Shown: positions 37,512 through 47,065, numbered from the stretch's first letter. The stretch is DNA of 64,000 nt from Candidatus Uhrbacteria bacterium (GCA_943359325.1 CALRHD010000001.1:6240-70239); one strand, 5' to 3'. The notes: generated from the sequence alone by a model not told the origin. Translations and numbers: made by a program.

Positions 37512-37982
37512 TTACACATTTGTTTTTGCATGCAACCACAGTAGCTCGAACATGGTGCGGAGCGTCACCGACGTATCGCCGCTTGTGACAAGAATGACGG
37601 AATTTTCTTTGCGCGTAGTAATGAACGCGGCTTCATTTTCGAATAGCAAAATACTTGCGGGCAAGACAACGTCGCTTGGGAGGAATCGCGACTCGCGTAA
37701 TTCGTTTTTGTCGCGTGCAACAAACTTGTGTGTTTCACGATTCTCGGGAATGAGCTGACGACTTCGTATGCCGCGTTTAATGCGCTCGGCAATAATGCGC
37801 TGCATGAGGTATCGTTCTTTGACGCCGCTTTCGTATAGCCTTCGCCAAAATTGTTTAAACCCATCGGTGCCCTCATACATTGTGACGCCTGTTTTCTCGT
37901 GCGCAGTGCCGTGGAGCGACGAGAGAAGAGGGAGGATCGCTTCGAATGTCCGTTGGCGTTCCTCAAGTTTGCGCAAAAACAT
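37512..37982 (-). CDS. hypothetical protein
   Basis: 156 aa with an ATG start at 37980-37982 and protein-like composition. Family unknown. Palindrome copy C lies about 70 bp upstream. Confidence 0.45.
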   Translation of the reverse strand: MFLRKLEERQRTFEAILPLLSSLHGTAHEKTGVTMYEGTDGFKQFWRRLYESGVKERYLMQRIIAERIKRGIRSRQLIPENRETHKFVARDKNELRESRFLPSDVVLPASILLFENEAAFITTRKENSVILVTSGDTSVTLRTMFELLWLHAKTNV

Positions 37983-38052
37983 TTCTGGTTGCTCGGCAAC
38001 ATAGTGTGTGCGGCCTTTGTTTTATTCACACGTTGTCCACACTTAGCACTGT

Positions 38053-38086
38053 CAGTGCTTAGTGTTGATAATACGAAAACAAATCG
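38053..38086. repeat. palindrome family copy C (one mismatch)
   Basis: GTCCACACTTAGCACTG-T-CAGTGCTTAGTGTTGA, followed by TAAT. Its left arm is nearly identical to copy D, and its right extension matches copy B. Confidence 0.75.
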
Positions 38087-38128
38087 CCCCGCGGCGAGGA
38101 GAGGCTCGGGCGGAGCGATGGAGCAAGT

Positions 38129-38563
38129 CTATTTTTGCGGATTTCCTTTTGCGAAACCGATGAGTGGTCGGTCGGGTAGGAACACTTCGATCTGCCAACA
38201 CATGGGAAGGCGCTCTTTCGCGAATCGCATGCAACAAGCGAGGATGGCCGCGTTCATATTCGTGATGACGAACATGTCTCGCGTTTCTCGATCGAACAGC
38301 CCAACGACGTGTACGATGAGTTCTTCGCCGTGGCCAATAAGGTACCGGTCGCTCGGCATGCTGACAGTCACATGCTCCCGAGTGAGTTCGAGCTCGGGAA
38401 TGTTGGCAACCGCGCCCTTGATCTTCATGATGAGTTGCTCGAGTTCGTGCTGATGACGGTTGATTATTCGAGGTATGCCGTAGATGACGATGTGAGGCAT
38501 TGAAACTCCGAGGGTGCAGCAACATGTTTGCACCGATCGTCGTCTCTGGCAAGACTTGTTCAT
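38129..38563 (-). CDS. hypothetical protein (possible Pro-1 tautomerase-superfamily fold, speculative)
   Basis: The product probably begins MPHIVIYGIPRI, about 123 aa. There is no firm family assignment. Confidence 0.35.
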   Translation of the reverse strand: MNKSCQRRRSVQTCCCTLGVSMPHIVIYGIPRIINRHQHELEQLIMKIKGAVANIPELELTREHVTVSMPSDRYLIGHGEELIVHVVGLFDRETRDMFVITNMNAAILACCMRFAKERLPMCWQIEVFLPDRPLIGFAKGNPQK

Positions 38564-38601
38564 ATTGACGCGCGAGAATTGTCGCCATAAGATGGCGCCA
38601 T

Positions 38602-38991
38602 ATGGTGAACGATCAATTTGAACGCATCATGCGTTTTGCACAACGGACGGGCGATAGGCTTATTGTCACCGACCCGTCGGGGAACGAGCCAGTTGTTATT
38701 ATGGGGCTCGATGAGTACGAGGCGCTTGTGGAAGGTGCGATGGGACCAGACGGTAAATACCCAATGATGGGTGATATCGACATGGATGATGAGGAAGAAG
38801 ATTTTGTGAGCGAGTACGGTGAAGCGCCAACGCTTGAAATTATTGAGGAGCCTGTCATGGAGTCTCCCGTACAGCCGATTATCGACATTCCTACAGAACC
38901 AGAGAAAACTGTGCCAATAATGCAGAATAAAGCCCCAGAAAAACAAGCCGAAATCAACGAAGAGCAGTTTTACTTGGAACCGCTCGGATAA
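38602..38991 (+). CDS. protein with Phd/YefM-like N-terminal domain and long acidic tail
   Basis: The N-terminus ...DRLIVTDPSGNEPVVIMGLDEYEALVEG resembles the YefM/Phd antitoxin core (..ILITR.G..V.VL.S.EEYESL). The C-terminal 70 aa are highly acidic. There is no toxin gene downstream (tuf follows). Confidence 0.45.
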   Translation: MVNDQFERIMRFAQRTGDRLIVTDPSGNEPVVIMGLDEYEALVEGAMGPDGKYPMMGDIDMDDEEEDFVSEYGEAPTLEIIEEPVMESPVQPIIDIPTEPEKTVPIMQNKAPEKQAEINEEQFYLEPLG

Positions 38992-39073
38992 TCACAATCT
39001 CGCTCTTGCGCAATTTTAGGCCTTTTGTTATAGTCTCGGCACTTCACTTTTTAAGAAACCCTTTAATTCAGCT

Positions 39074-40264
39074 ATGGCAGAAGCTTTTTCCCGCAGTAAG
39101 CCGCACGTCAACGTCGGCACCATCGGTCACGTTGACCACGGTAAGACCACGACAACGGCAGCGCTTTTGGCGGTTGCCGCTGGCATGGGTAACGTCGCTC
39201 AAAAGAAGGGCATCGACGATCTCGATAAGTCGCCTGAATCCAAGGCGCGCGGTATTACGATTTCCACCGCACACTGTGAATACGAGACGGCGAATCGTCA
39301 CTACGCACACGTTGACTGTCCAGGACACGCCGATTACGTGAAAAACATGATCACGGGTGCAGCGCAGATGGACGGCGCAATTCTCGTGGTTTCGGCCGCA
39401 GACGGTCCAATGCCGCAAACTCGCGAGCACATTCTTTTGGCCAAACAGGTCGGTGTTCCGTATATTGTTGTGTACTTGAACAAGGTTGACATGGTCGACG
39501 ACCCAGAACTCATCGATCTCGTCGAACAGGAAGTTCGCGATTTGCTCAAGAAATACGATTTCCCAGGCGATGCTGTTCCGGTGATTCGTGGTTCTTCGGC
39601 AAAGGCGCTTGCAAACTTGACGGACGAAGCAGCTATTAAGCCAATTAAAGATCTTTTGAATGCGCTCGACACATACATCCCAGAGCCAGTGCGCGACCTC
39701 GACAAGCCATTTCTCATGCCAGTCGAAGACGTGTTTTCTATTGAAGGTCGTGGCACAGTTGTGACGGGTCGTATTGAACGCGGTCAAATTAAGATCAACG
39801 ACGAAGTTGAAATCGTTGGTTTGAAGGACACCGCAAAAACAGTTGTCACCGGCATTGAAATGTTCAATAAGTCGCTTGACTCTGGTATGGCAGGCGACAA
39901 CGCAGGTATTCTTATCCGCGGCATCAAGAAGGAAGACGTGCAACGCGGTCAGGTGTTGGCGAAACCAGGTTCGGTGAAGCCACACACAAAGTTTGAAGCA
40001 GAAATCCTCGCACTTACGAAGGAAGAGGGCGGTCGTCACAAGCCATTCTTCAAGGGTTACAAGCCGCAATTCTACATTCGTACAACAGATGTTACCGGTG
40101 AAATCACCTTGCCAGAGGGCACGGAAATGGTTATGCCAGGTGACACCGTGAACTGCGTCGTGACGCTTATTGCGCCTGTCGCACTCGAAGAAAAGATGCG
40201 CTTTGCAATCCGCGAGGGTGGCCGTACCGTTGGTGCAGGCGTTGTGGTAAAAATTACTGAGTAA
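39074..40264 (+). CDS. tuf: elongation factor Tu
   Basis: 396 aa with G-domain motifs [17 protein letters not shown] and NKVD. Confidence 0.98.
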   Translation: MAEAFSRSKPHVNVGTIGHVDHGKTTTTAALLAVAAGMGNVAQKKGIDDLDKSPESKARGITISTAHCEYETANRHYAHVDCPGHADYVKNMITGAAQMDGAILVVSAADGPMPQTREHILLAKQVGVPYIVVYLNKVDMVDDPELIDLVEQEVRDLLKKYDFPGDAVPVIRGSSAKALANLTDEAAIKPIKDLLNALDTYIPEPVRDLDKPFLMPVEDVFSIEGRGTVVTGRIERGQIKINDEVEIVGLKDTAKTVVTGIEMFNKSLDSGMAGDNAGILIRGIKKEDVQRGQVLAKPGSVKPHTKFEAEILALTKEEGGRHKPFFKGYKPQFYIRTTDVTGEITLPEGTEMVMPGDTVNCVVTLIAPVALEEKMRFAIREGGRTVGAGVVVKITE

Positions 40265-40272
40265 TGGGTAGT

Positions 40273-40302
40273 GAGCCACGTCGTTTCAAAACGACGTGGC
40301 TC
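40273..40302 (+). terminator. 13-bp perfect stem-loop after tuf (terminator/attenuator before S10 operon)
   Basis: GAGCCACGTCGTT-TCAA-AACGACGTGGCTC followed by a moderately T-rich tail. Confidence 0.6.
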
Positions 40303-40331
40303 GCCTCGTTTCACATTGTTCTTTCATTGTT

Positions 40332-40670
40332 ATGTCGGATACTAAAAAAACAACCGAAGAAGTCGCAAAGCAGCGCATTCGCATTCGTATCCGTGCCTAC
40401 GATCACAAAATTATCGATAGCGCAACGGAAACGATCATCAAAACCGCGGAGCGTTCGGGCGCGGAGGTCATTGGCCCCGTGCCATTGCCAACGGAACGTC
40501 GACGTTACACCGTGAACCGTGCGACATTCATTGACAAAACGTCTCGCGATCAGTACGAAATGCGCATCCACAAACGTCTTATCGACATTGTGAATCCGAC
40601 GGAACGCACTATCGACAGTCTCATGTCACTGAACCTTCCCGCAGGCGTCGACATCGAAATAAAAATGTAA
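40332..40670 (+). CDS. rpsJ: 30S ribosomal protein S10
   Basis: 112 aa from the ATG at 40332 ([29 protein letters not shown]...). Confidence 0.95.
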   Translation: MSDTKKTTEEVAKQRIRIRIRAYDHKIIDSATETIIKTAERSGAEVIGPVPLPTERRRYTVNRATFIDKTSRDQYEMRIHKRLIDIVNPTERTIDSLMSLNLPAGVDIEIKM

Positions 40671-40674
40671 TTAA

Positions 40675-40950
40675 TCCGCAGGGCTTCCGAGATGCGTTTG
40701 AGCATCTGCCAACGGGCAGACTCGAACATGGCTCGGAGGCTCTGCACTCCCAAATACCGAACCGGAAAGAAAGTTCTCCGCTAGCGAGCGGAGATAACCT
40801 TGCCGCCGCTTCGTGAGGGAGAAAAGGAGAATAGTTTCCATTCCCATTTTAAAGACCGACAGCAAGTTGTGTGTTTGTCCTCGCCACGCGGCGAGGGTTG
40901 CTGAAGGCATGAAGTCGTTATGGCTTCACGCTTTTTCGTTAAAACAAACA
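40675..40950 (+). promoter_or_regulatory. structured 280-nt spacer between rpsJ and rplC ending in terminator-like hairpin
   Basis: It contains multiple perfect hairpins: AGATGC/GCATCT, TGCC-AACG-GGCA, CTCCGCT-AGC-GAGCGGAG and CCTCGCC-ACGC-GGCGAGG. A 10-bp stem GCATGAAGTC...GGCTTCACGC followed by TTTTTCGTT lies about 40 nt before rplC. There is no credible ORF. Confidence 0.35.
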
Positions 40951-40954
40951 TCGT

Positions 40955-41599
40955 TTGCTCCAACGGCATCATGCTATGAAGGTACTTCTTGGAACAAAAA
41001 TTGAAATGGATCAGGTGTTTGCACCAGACGGCGCTTCCGTTCCGGTGACCTGGGTTCAAGCCGATCCGTGCACTGTTATTGGAACGCGCACGAATCAAGC
41101 AGGTGTCGCAGTAGCAATGCTTGGCACAGGTTCACGTCGCCATTTGCCAAAAGCACAAAAGGGCGTTTTTGGAGAGCTTGGTGACTTCCGCACCGTGCGC
41201 GAATTCCCGCTTGGTGAGGGCGAAGTGCTTGAGCGCGGAGCCATTCTCGACGTTACAACGTTCGCGATTGGCGATCTCGTCGACTTGGTCGGCACGGCAA
41301 AGGGTCGTGGTTTCCAAGGTGTCGTAAAGCGTCATGGTTTCCGTGGTCATCCTGCAACACACGGTCACAAGGACCAGTTGCGTAAGTCTGGTTCCATTGG
41401 TGCCGGTGGTGTGCAACGCGTGTTTAAAGGAATGCGCATGGCAGGTCGTATGGGAAACAACCGTGTAACGGTAAAAAACCTCGTCGTCATGGCGATCGAT
41501 ACTGCACAAAACAAAATTGCGCTGAAAGGCGCGGTTCCCGGAGCACGAGGTGGTTTGGTCACGATTCTTGCAACTCAAGGAAATGTATGGCGGACGTAA
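40955..41599 (+). CDS. rplC: 50S ribosomal protein L3
   Basis: Begins LLGTKIEMDQVFAPDG and contains GHKDQLRK. The start may instead be the ATG at about 40976 (MKVLLG). Confidence 0.95.
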   Translation: MLQRHHAMKVLLGTKIEMDQVFAPDGASVPVTWVQADPCTVIGTRTNQAGVAVAMLGTGSRRHLPKAQKGVFGELGDFRTVREFPLGEGEVLERGAILDVTTFAIGDLVDLVGTAKGRGFQGVVKRHGFRGHPATHGHKDQLRKSGSIGAGGVQRVFKGMRMAGRMGNNRVTVKNLVVMAIDTAQNKIALKGAVPGARGGLVTILATQGNVWRT

Positions 41600-42219
41600 C
41601 CCTTTACACAATGGACGGCGCACAAGCCGGAACGCTTTCGCTCGCGAAGGCACTCTTTGAAGTCGCGCCAAAACTTGGTGTTATTCATTCGGTGATTGTT
41701 GCGCAAGACGCAAACAGCCGACAGGTCCTCGCACACACGAAGGACCGTTCCGACGTGCAGGGCGGTGGAAAAAAGCCGTGGAAGCAGAAGGGTACGGGTC
41801 GTGCGCGTCACGGTTCAAGCCGCTCACCAATTTGGATTGGTGGTGGTATTACATTCGGTCCACGTAACGACCGAAATTTCACTCTCAAAGTCAACAAGTC
41901 ACAAAAGCGTCTTGCACTTTCTATGGTGCTTTCGGACAAGGTCGCGACAGGTAATTTTGTTGCCGTTGACGTTTTCACCTTCCCGGAACCTAAAACTTCA
42001 CTTGCTGCAGCAATGCGTAAGGTACTTCCTGGTGCTGACGCAAAGGCGCTTATCGTGCTTGCCCCAGGTGAGGAAAACCTCTATCGCGCCGCACGCAATC
42101 TGCCAAACACGGAAACGATCCGCGCAGGCAGTCTCAATGTGCGCGATGTTGCGAAATATCCATACCTTATTACGTCGAAGGCAGGAGTAGACGCGATGAC
42201 GGAAATTTTTGCTTCGTAA
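41587..42219 (+). CDS. rplD: 50S ribosomal protein L4
   Basis: 210 aa with typical L4 conservation, including KPWKQKGTGRAR. Confidence 0.93.
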   Translation: MADVTLYTMDGAQAGTLSLAKALFEVAPKLGVIHSVIVAQDANSRQVLAHTKDRSDVQGGGKKPWKQKGTGRARHGSSRSPIWIGGGITFGPRNDRNFTLKVNKSQKRLALSMVLSDKVATGNFVAVDVFTFPEPKTSLAAAMRKVLPGADAKALIVLAPGEENLYRAARNLPNTETIRAGSLNVRDVAKYPYLITSKAGVDAMTEIFAS

Positions 42220-42613
42220 TATGGCGATATTCAAAAAGAAAATTATCGACGTCGACGCAAAGGCTGTCGAAAAAGGTACAAAAAACGAATCGAAAAAAGC
42301 TTCGCCACGCACGGCAAAGTCGGTTTCTGTTCTTGCGCTCCGCACTATTCTTGCGCCGCTTGCAACGGAAAAATCCGCACTCCTCGCAAGCCGCGGCGTA
42401 TATGCATTTCTTGTCGCAAAAGATGCAAATCGTATTGCGGTGCGTCAAGCGTTCCGCGAATTGTACAACGTCACACCTGTAAAGGTGAACGTTGCGAATG
42501 TTCGTGGAACTGCGCGCCGCTTTGGTCGCTCAATTGGTCGCACGTCCGACACGAAGAAGGCTTTTGTGACGCTCCCGAAGGGCACGCACATTGATGTGTT
42601 TTCCGCTGTTTAA
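42209..42613 (+). CDS. rplW: 50S ribosomal protein L23 (N-terminal extension)
   Basis: L23 core (ILAPLATEKS...) with an extra Lys-rich N-terminal segment of about 40 aa. Confidence 0.9.
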   Translation: MLRNMAIFKKKIIDVDAKAVEKGTKNESKKASPRTAKSVSVLALRTILAPLATEKSALLASRGVYAFLVAKDANRIAVRQAFRELYNVTPVKVNVANVRGTARRFGRSIGRTSDTKKAFVTLPKGTHIDVFSAV

Positions 42614-42622
42614 GAGATTGAT

Positions 42623-43468
42623 ATGCCGATTAAGAAATACAATCCTACTTCTGCAGGACGACGCCAATCATCGGTGCAGACTTTTGACGACGTCACGTCA
42701 ACGACGCCGTATAAAAAATTGCTTGTTTCAAAAAAGCAGATGGCAGGCCGTTCGAGCAACGGAAAAATTTCCGTCCGTCATCGTGGCGGTGGTGCAAAGC
42801 GCCACATTCGTCTTATTGACTGGAAACAAAATAAGTTCGACATTCCTGCTGTTGTACAAACCATCGAATACGATCCAAATCGCGGTGCACGTATTGCACT
42901 CATCGCATACAAAGATGGTGAAAAGCGTTACATGCTTGCGCCACATGGTGTGACGGTTGGTACGCACATTGTGGTGTCGAAGGAGAAGGGCGAACCAAAT
43001 CCGGGAAATCGTTTCCCGCTCGAGAAAATTCCTGTCGGCATGATGGTGTACAACATCGAATTGCAACCAGGGCGAGGTGGTCAGTTGGTGCGTGGTGCAG
43101 GTACGAGCGCGTCGTTCCTTGCAATCGAAGGTGAGAACGCGATGGTCAAGTTACCTTCGGGAGAAACGCGACTCATTCACAAGGCATGCATGGCGTCGAT
43201 TGGTAGCGTGTCGAACCCTGACTGGCGTTTGGTGCGATGGGGTAAGGCAGGCCGCATGCGTCACCGCTCCATTCGCCCAACTGTTCGCGGTAAGGCAATG
43301 AACCCTGTCGACCACCCGCACGGCGGAGGTGAGGCGCGCAACTCGATTGGTCTCAAATACGCAAAGACACCGCAGGGTAAACACGCCCATGGTGTGCCGA
43401 CACGTGGACGAAAACATACAAATCGATTTATCGTTCGACGTCGGAATAAGAAACAGTCTGGATCATAA
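42623..43468 (+). CDS. rplB: 50S ribosomal protein L2
   Basis: 281 aa, including ...NPVDHPHGGGEA... and further conserved L2 motifs. Confidence 0.97.
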   Translation: MPIKKYNPTSAGRRQSSVQTFDDVTSTTPYKKLLVSKKQMAGRSSNGKISVRHRGGGAKRHIRLIDWKQNKFDIPAVVQTIEYDPNRGARIALIAYKDGEKRYMLAPHGVTVGTHIVVSKEKGEPNPGNRFPLEKIPVGMMVYNIELQPGRGGQLVRGAGTSASFLAIEGENAMVKLPSGETRLIHKACMASIGSVSNPDWRLVRWGKAGRMRHRSIRPTVRGKAMNPVDHPHGGGEARNSIGLKYAKTPQGKHAHGVPTRGRKHTNRFIVRRRNKKQSGS

Positions 43469-43471
43469 TTT

Positions 43472-43813
43472 ATGACTCGAAGTATTAAAAAAGGTCCTTA
43501 CGTCGACGTCAAACTCGCCGCAAAGGTGAGCAAACTCCGTCCTGGTGACAAAACCGTTATAAAGACATGGGCACGTGCCTGTTCCATCACTCCCGCAATG
43601 GTCGGGTTCACGATTGCAGTGCACAACGGGAAAGACTTTATTCCGGTGCGTGTGGTCGAAAACATGGTTGGGCACAAGCTTGGAGAATTCTCACCAACAC
43701 GCAAGTTCGTTCGTCACGGAGGTAAAACAACTGCTGCACCTACGACACCTTCTGCAGCGCCTGCCGCCGTAGGAAAAGCCACACCCGCAGCAGGCAAAAA
43801 ACTCACCCGATAA
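43472..43813 (+). CDS. rpsS: 30S ribosomal protein S19 (Ala/Pro-rich C-terminal extension)
   Basis: Begins IKKGPYVD and contains GHKLGEF. About 20 extra C-terminal residues: [28 protein letters not shown]. Confidence 0.95.
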   Translation: MTRSIKKGPYVDVKLAAKVSKLRPGDKTVIKTWARACSITPAMVGFTIAVHNGKDFIPVRVVENMVGHKLGEFSPTRKFVRHGGKTTAAPTTPSAAPAAVGKATPAAGKKLTR

Positions 43814-43818
43814 ATCCT

Positions 43819-44157
43819 ATGCACGCATTTGCTAAAGCACGTTCCGTTCGCATCGCACCGCGCAAAACGCGGTTGGTTGTTGCACTCGTGCGTGGACTAT
43901 CGGTTGCCGAGGCGCGACGTCAGCTCGCATTCAGTGCGAAGGATGCCGCAGAGCCTGTGCTCAAAGTGTTGAACTCCGCAGTGGCGAACGCGACGAACAA
44001 CCTTAAACTCGATGCCGCAACGCTCTTCATTACGAAAGCGTTTGTCGACGAGGGGCCAAAGTTCAAGCGCTTCACACCAAAAGCACAAGGTCGTGCAACG
44101 CCGATTCGTCGTCGTACGTCACACATCACGATCGTTGTTGAACCAAAAGTCGCATAA
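43819..44157 (+). CDS. rplV: 50S ribosomal protein L22
   Basis: 112 aa, well conserved. Confidence 0.95.
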   Translation: MHAFAKARSVRIAPRKTRLVVALVRGLSVAEARRQLAFSAKDAAEPVLKVLNSAVANATNNLKLDAATLFITKAFVDEGPKFKRFTPKAQGRATPIRRRTSHITIVVEPKVA

Positions 44158-44160
44158 CCT

Positions 44161-44907
44161 ATGGGCAATAAAGTACATCCAAAAGCGTTTCGTCTTTCGA
44201 CGATTTACACGTGGGACTCCAAGTGGTTCGCGAATAAAAAGCAATTTGTCGTCGCGCTCTCCGAGGACGTTGGCATGCGCGTGTTTATTCGCAAGAGCTT
44301 GAAGGACGCGGGTATCGACAAAATCGAAATCGACCGTACGCCAAAAAACGTCGTGATCGCGATCTACGCCGCGAAGCCAGGCTTCGTGATTGGTCGGGCA
44401 GGGCTCGGCAGCGAAGAGTTGAAGAAAAAGCTTCTCGCCAAATTCTTCCGCGGTCGCCGCGTGACACTCGCCATCAACGTACACGAAGTCTCTCGTCCTG
44501 CACTGTCGTCGGAAATCGTCGGCCAGCAGATCGCGAAGGAACTCGAGTCGCGCATGGCGTTCCGTCGTTCCATGAAAATGGCGATCGAACGGGTCATGAA
44601 AGCAGGTGCGAAGGGAGTGAAGATCACCATTTCTGGCCGTTTGAACGGTGCAGAAATCGCACGAACGGAAACATTGTCGCAGGGCTCGATTCCACTTCAC
44701 AACTTGCGTGCCGACATCGAGTTTGCGCGCATTCGCGCAACAACGCTGCAAGGTGTCATTGGTATCAAAGTCTGGATTTACCGCGGTGAAGTATTCGCTA
44801 CAACAAAAGAAAAATCGACAGACGACACCGCAAAACCCACCGAACAACGCCGATCACGCAGCCGTCCCGCTGAGCGCGCATCACGCGCACAACAAGGACG
44901 CGCCTAA
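44161..44907 (+). CDS. rpsC: 30S ribosomal protein S3
   Basis: 248 aa with a KH domain and a basic C-terminal tail. Confidence 0.96.
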   Translation: MGNKVHPKAFRLSTIYTWDSKWFANKKQFVVALSEDVGMRVFIRKSLKDAGIDKIEIDRTPKNVVIAIYAAKPGFVIGRAGLGSEELKKKLLAKFFRGRRVTLAINVHEVSRPALSSEIVGQQIAKELESRMAFRRSMKMAIERVMKAGAKGVKITISGRLNGAEIARTETLSQGSIPLHNLRADIEFARIRATTLQGVIGIKVWIYRGEVFATTKEKSTDDTAKPTEQRRSRSRPAERASRAQQGRA

Positions 44908-44916
44908 ACTCCTTCT

Positions 44917-45330
44917 ATGTTGCTTCCGAAAAAGATGAAATATCGCAAGTGGCAAAAACGTCGGTCAGCCGGCGATCGCTTGGCGACGCAAAAAACGGAC
45001 GTTGCATTTGGTCAATATGGACTGAAGGCGATTACAGAATCGTGGGTAACAGCGCGGCAGATCGAGGCGGCGCGTCGCGCAATGACGCGTGCTATCAAGC
45101 GTGGCGGAAAAATCTGGATTCGTATTTTCCCCGACCATCCTGTAACGAACCACGGTTCGGAAACGCCGATGGGTAAGGGAAAGGGTGCCGTCGATTATTA
45201 CATGACGCCTGTGCGTGCCGGAACCGTGATGTTCGAAATGGACGGTGTCGATGAAGCAACGGCACAGGAAGCATTCCGGCTTGCAGCGCACAAGTTGCCG
45301 GTGAAGTGGAAAGTGGTAACCCGCTCGTAA
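44917..45330 (+). CDS. rplP: 50S ribosomal protein L16
   Basis: 137 aa, MLLPKKMKYRKWQKRR... Confidence 0.96.
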   Translation: MLLPKKMKYRKWQKRRSAGDRLATQKTDVAFGQYGLKAITESWVTARQIEAARRAMTRAIKRGGKIWIRIFPDHPVTNHGSETPMGKGKGAVDYYMTPVRAGTVMFEMDGVDEATAQEAFRLAAHKLPVKWKVVTRS

Positions 45331-45331
45331 T

Positions 45332-45526
45332 ATGTCTGCATATACTGAATTCAAACAGAAAAATGCAAAAGAGCTTAATGGCCTCTTGGCCGAAGGGCGC
45401 GGACATTTGCACGAGCTGGCGTTCCAGCAAACCATTGGACAGCTAAAAAGCGTCCGAGAGATTACCGAAACTCGCAAGCGCATCGCGCGCATCCTGACTG
45501 CGCTTCGCGCACAAAGCCTCGTATGA
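45332..45526 (+). CDS. rpmC: 50S ribosomal protein L29
   Basis: 64 aa. Confidence 0.9.
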   Translation: MSAYTEFKQKNAKELNGLLAEGRGHLHELAFQQTIGQLKSVREITETRKRIARILTALRAQSLV

Positions 45527-45792
45527 CCGAAGAAACAATAATTAAACCGTCTGTACCACAGCGCCGCCGCCTTGACGGCACGGTTGTGTCGACGAAGATG
45601 CAAAAAACCGTCACGGTGCGAATCGACCGCACGGTGTTGCATGAAAAATATCAAAAACGTTTCCGCGTGAGTAAAACGTATCTTGCGCACAATGAATTCC
45701 CCGAGGTAAAAGTGGGCGATGCGGTAACGATTGAAGAAACCCGCCCTGTTTCAACGCGCAAGCGTTGGCGCATAGTGAAAGACGCAAAGTAA
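45523..45792 (+). CDS. rpsQ: 30S ribosomal protein S17
   Basis: 89 aa. Confidence 0.93.
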   Translation: MTEETIIKPSVPQRRRLDGTVVSTKMQKTVTVRIDRTVLHEKYQKRFRVSKTYLAHNEFPEVKVGDAVTIEETRPVSTRKRWRIVKDAK

Positions 45793-45801
45793 AACCTCTG
45801 T

Positions 45802-46173
45802 ATGTTGCAACATCGATCAATGATGAAAGTAGCCGATAACTCTGGAGCCAAGAAGCTTCAGGTTATTCGCGTACTTGGCGGCTACAAGAAACGGTATGCG
45901 CGTCTTGGCGATGTCGTCACCGCAGTCGTGAAAGAAGCTGCACCGCACACTGCCGTAAAAAAGAGCGATGTTGTGCATGTTGTCATTGTGCGCACGCGCA
46001 AAGAAGTGCGTCGCAAAGATGGCTCATACATCCGTTTCGACGAAAATGCGGGCGTCATTATTACCCGTGCGACAAAGGAGCCAAAGGGCACACGTATTTT
46101 TGGACCGGTTGCACGCGAATTGCGTTCGCTCGGGTTCATGAAGATCGTGTCGTTGGCGCCTGAAGTGCTTTAA
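45802..46173 (+). CDS. rplN: 50S ribosomal protein L14
   Basis: Contains KVADNSGAK. Confidence 0.96.
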   Translation: MLQHRSMMKVADNSGAKKLQVIRVLGGYKKRYARLGDVVTAVVKEAAPHTAVKKSDVVHVVIVRTRKEVRRKDGSYIRFDENAGVIITRATKEPKGTRIFGPVARELRSLGFMKIVSLAPEVL

Positions 46174-46183
46174 TTCTTCCCAT

Positions 46184-46504
46184 ATGAAAATAAAAACAGG
46201 CGACAAGGTTCGCGTCATGGTGGGCAAGGACAAAGGCAAGGAAGGGAAAATCATTCAGGTTTTTCCTGCACTTGGTCGTGTGGTCGTTGAAGGCCTTAAC
46301 CAGCGCGTGAAGCACATCAAAAAGCGTGGCAACCAAGCGGGTCAACGTGTGACATTTTCTGCGCCGCTCGATGCATCGAATGTCGCCATTGTTGGTGCGG
46401 GCGGTGCAACGGGACGTGTGCATTTCACCATGACGAAAGTCGATAACAAGATGCGCAAGGTGCGTGTGTTGAAAACAAAGAAAGGAACCGAAGAACTCGG
46501 CTAG
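46184..46504 (+). CDS. rplX: 50S ribosomal protein L24
   Basis: KOW motif, KIKTGDKVRVMVGKDKGKEGKI. Confidence 0.95.
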   Translation: MKIKTGDKVRVMVGKDKGKEGKIIQVFPALGRVVVEGLNQRVKHIKKRGNQAGQRVTFSAPLDASNVAIVGAGGATGRVHFTMTKVDNKMRKVRVLKTKKGTEELG

Positions 46505-46507
46505 CCT

Positions 46508-47062
46508 ATGCAAACACTTAAAACACAATATATAAAAGACGTGGCACCGATGCTGCGCGAACGCTTTGGCCGAACGAATATTCACGAGACACCGCGCATC
46601 GTTAAAGTGACGCTGAACGCAGGGCTCGGGAAGGGCAAAGACGCAAAGTTCGCAGATGTCGTTGTCGATACGTTGCAACGGATTACCGGTCAGGCACCTG
46701 TCAAAACCAAAGCACGCAAGTCCATTGCAGGCTTCAAGGTTCGCGAAGGCATGGTGGTTGGTGTGATGGTCACCTTGCGTGGCAATCGCATGTGGGACTT
46801 CCTTGAGAAGCTTGGGCGCGTGGCCTTCGCACGTATCCGTGACTTCCGCGGCATTCCTGAAACGGCGGTCGACAAGCAGGGCAACTTCAATTTCGGCTTT
46901 ACGGAACACACGGCGTTCCCGGAAGTCGCACCAGACGAAGTTGAATCTCTGCACGGCTTGCAGGTGACGATTACGACCACAGCAAACAATCACGAAGAAG
47001 GGCTTGCGCTCTTCAAAGGCCTCGGCTTCCCGTTCGCCGCAAAGAACAGCGAAAAGAACTAA
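46508..47062 (+). CDS. rplE: 50S ribosomal protein L5
   Basis: 184 aa. Confidence 0.96.
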   Translation: MQTLKTQYIKDVAPMLRERFGRTNIHETPRIVKVTLNAGLGKGKDAKFADVVVDTLQRITGQAPVKTKARKSIAGFKVREGMVVGVMVTLRGNRMWDFLEKLGRVAFARIRDFRGIPETAVDKQGNFNFGFTEHTAFPEVAPDEVESLHGLQVTITTTANNHEEGLALFKGLGFPFAAKNSEKN

Positions 47063-47065
47063 CGT

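Noticed and set aside
37565-38029. Alternative minus-strand ORF overlapping 37512-37982 in another frame, and the plus-strand ORF 37851-38453
   Set aside because: Both have low-complexity Ser/Cys/Arg-rich composition. The 37512-37982 frame is more protein-like. Only that frame is kept, at modest confidence.
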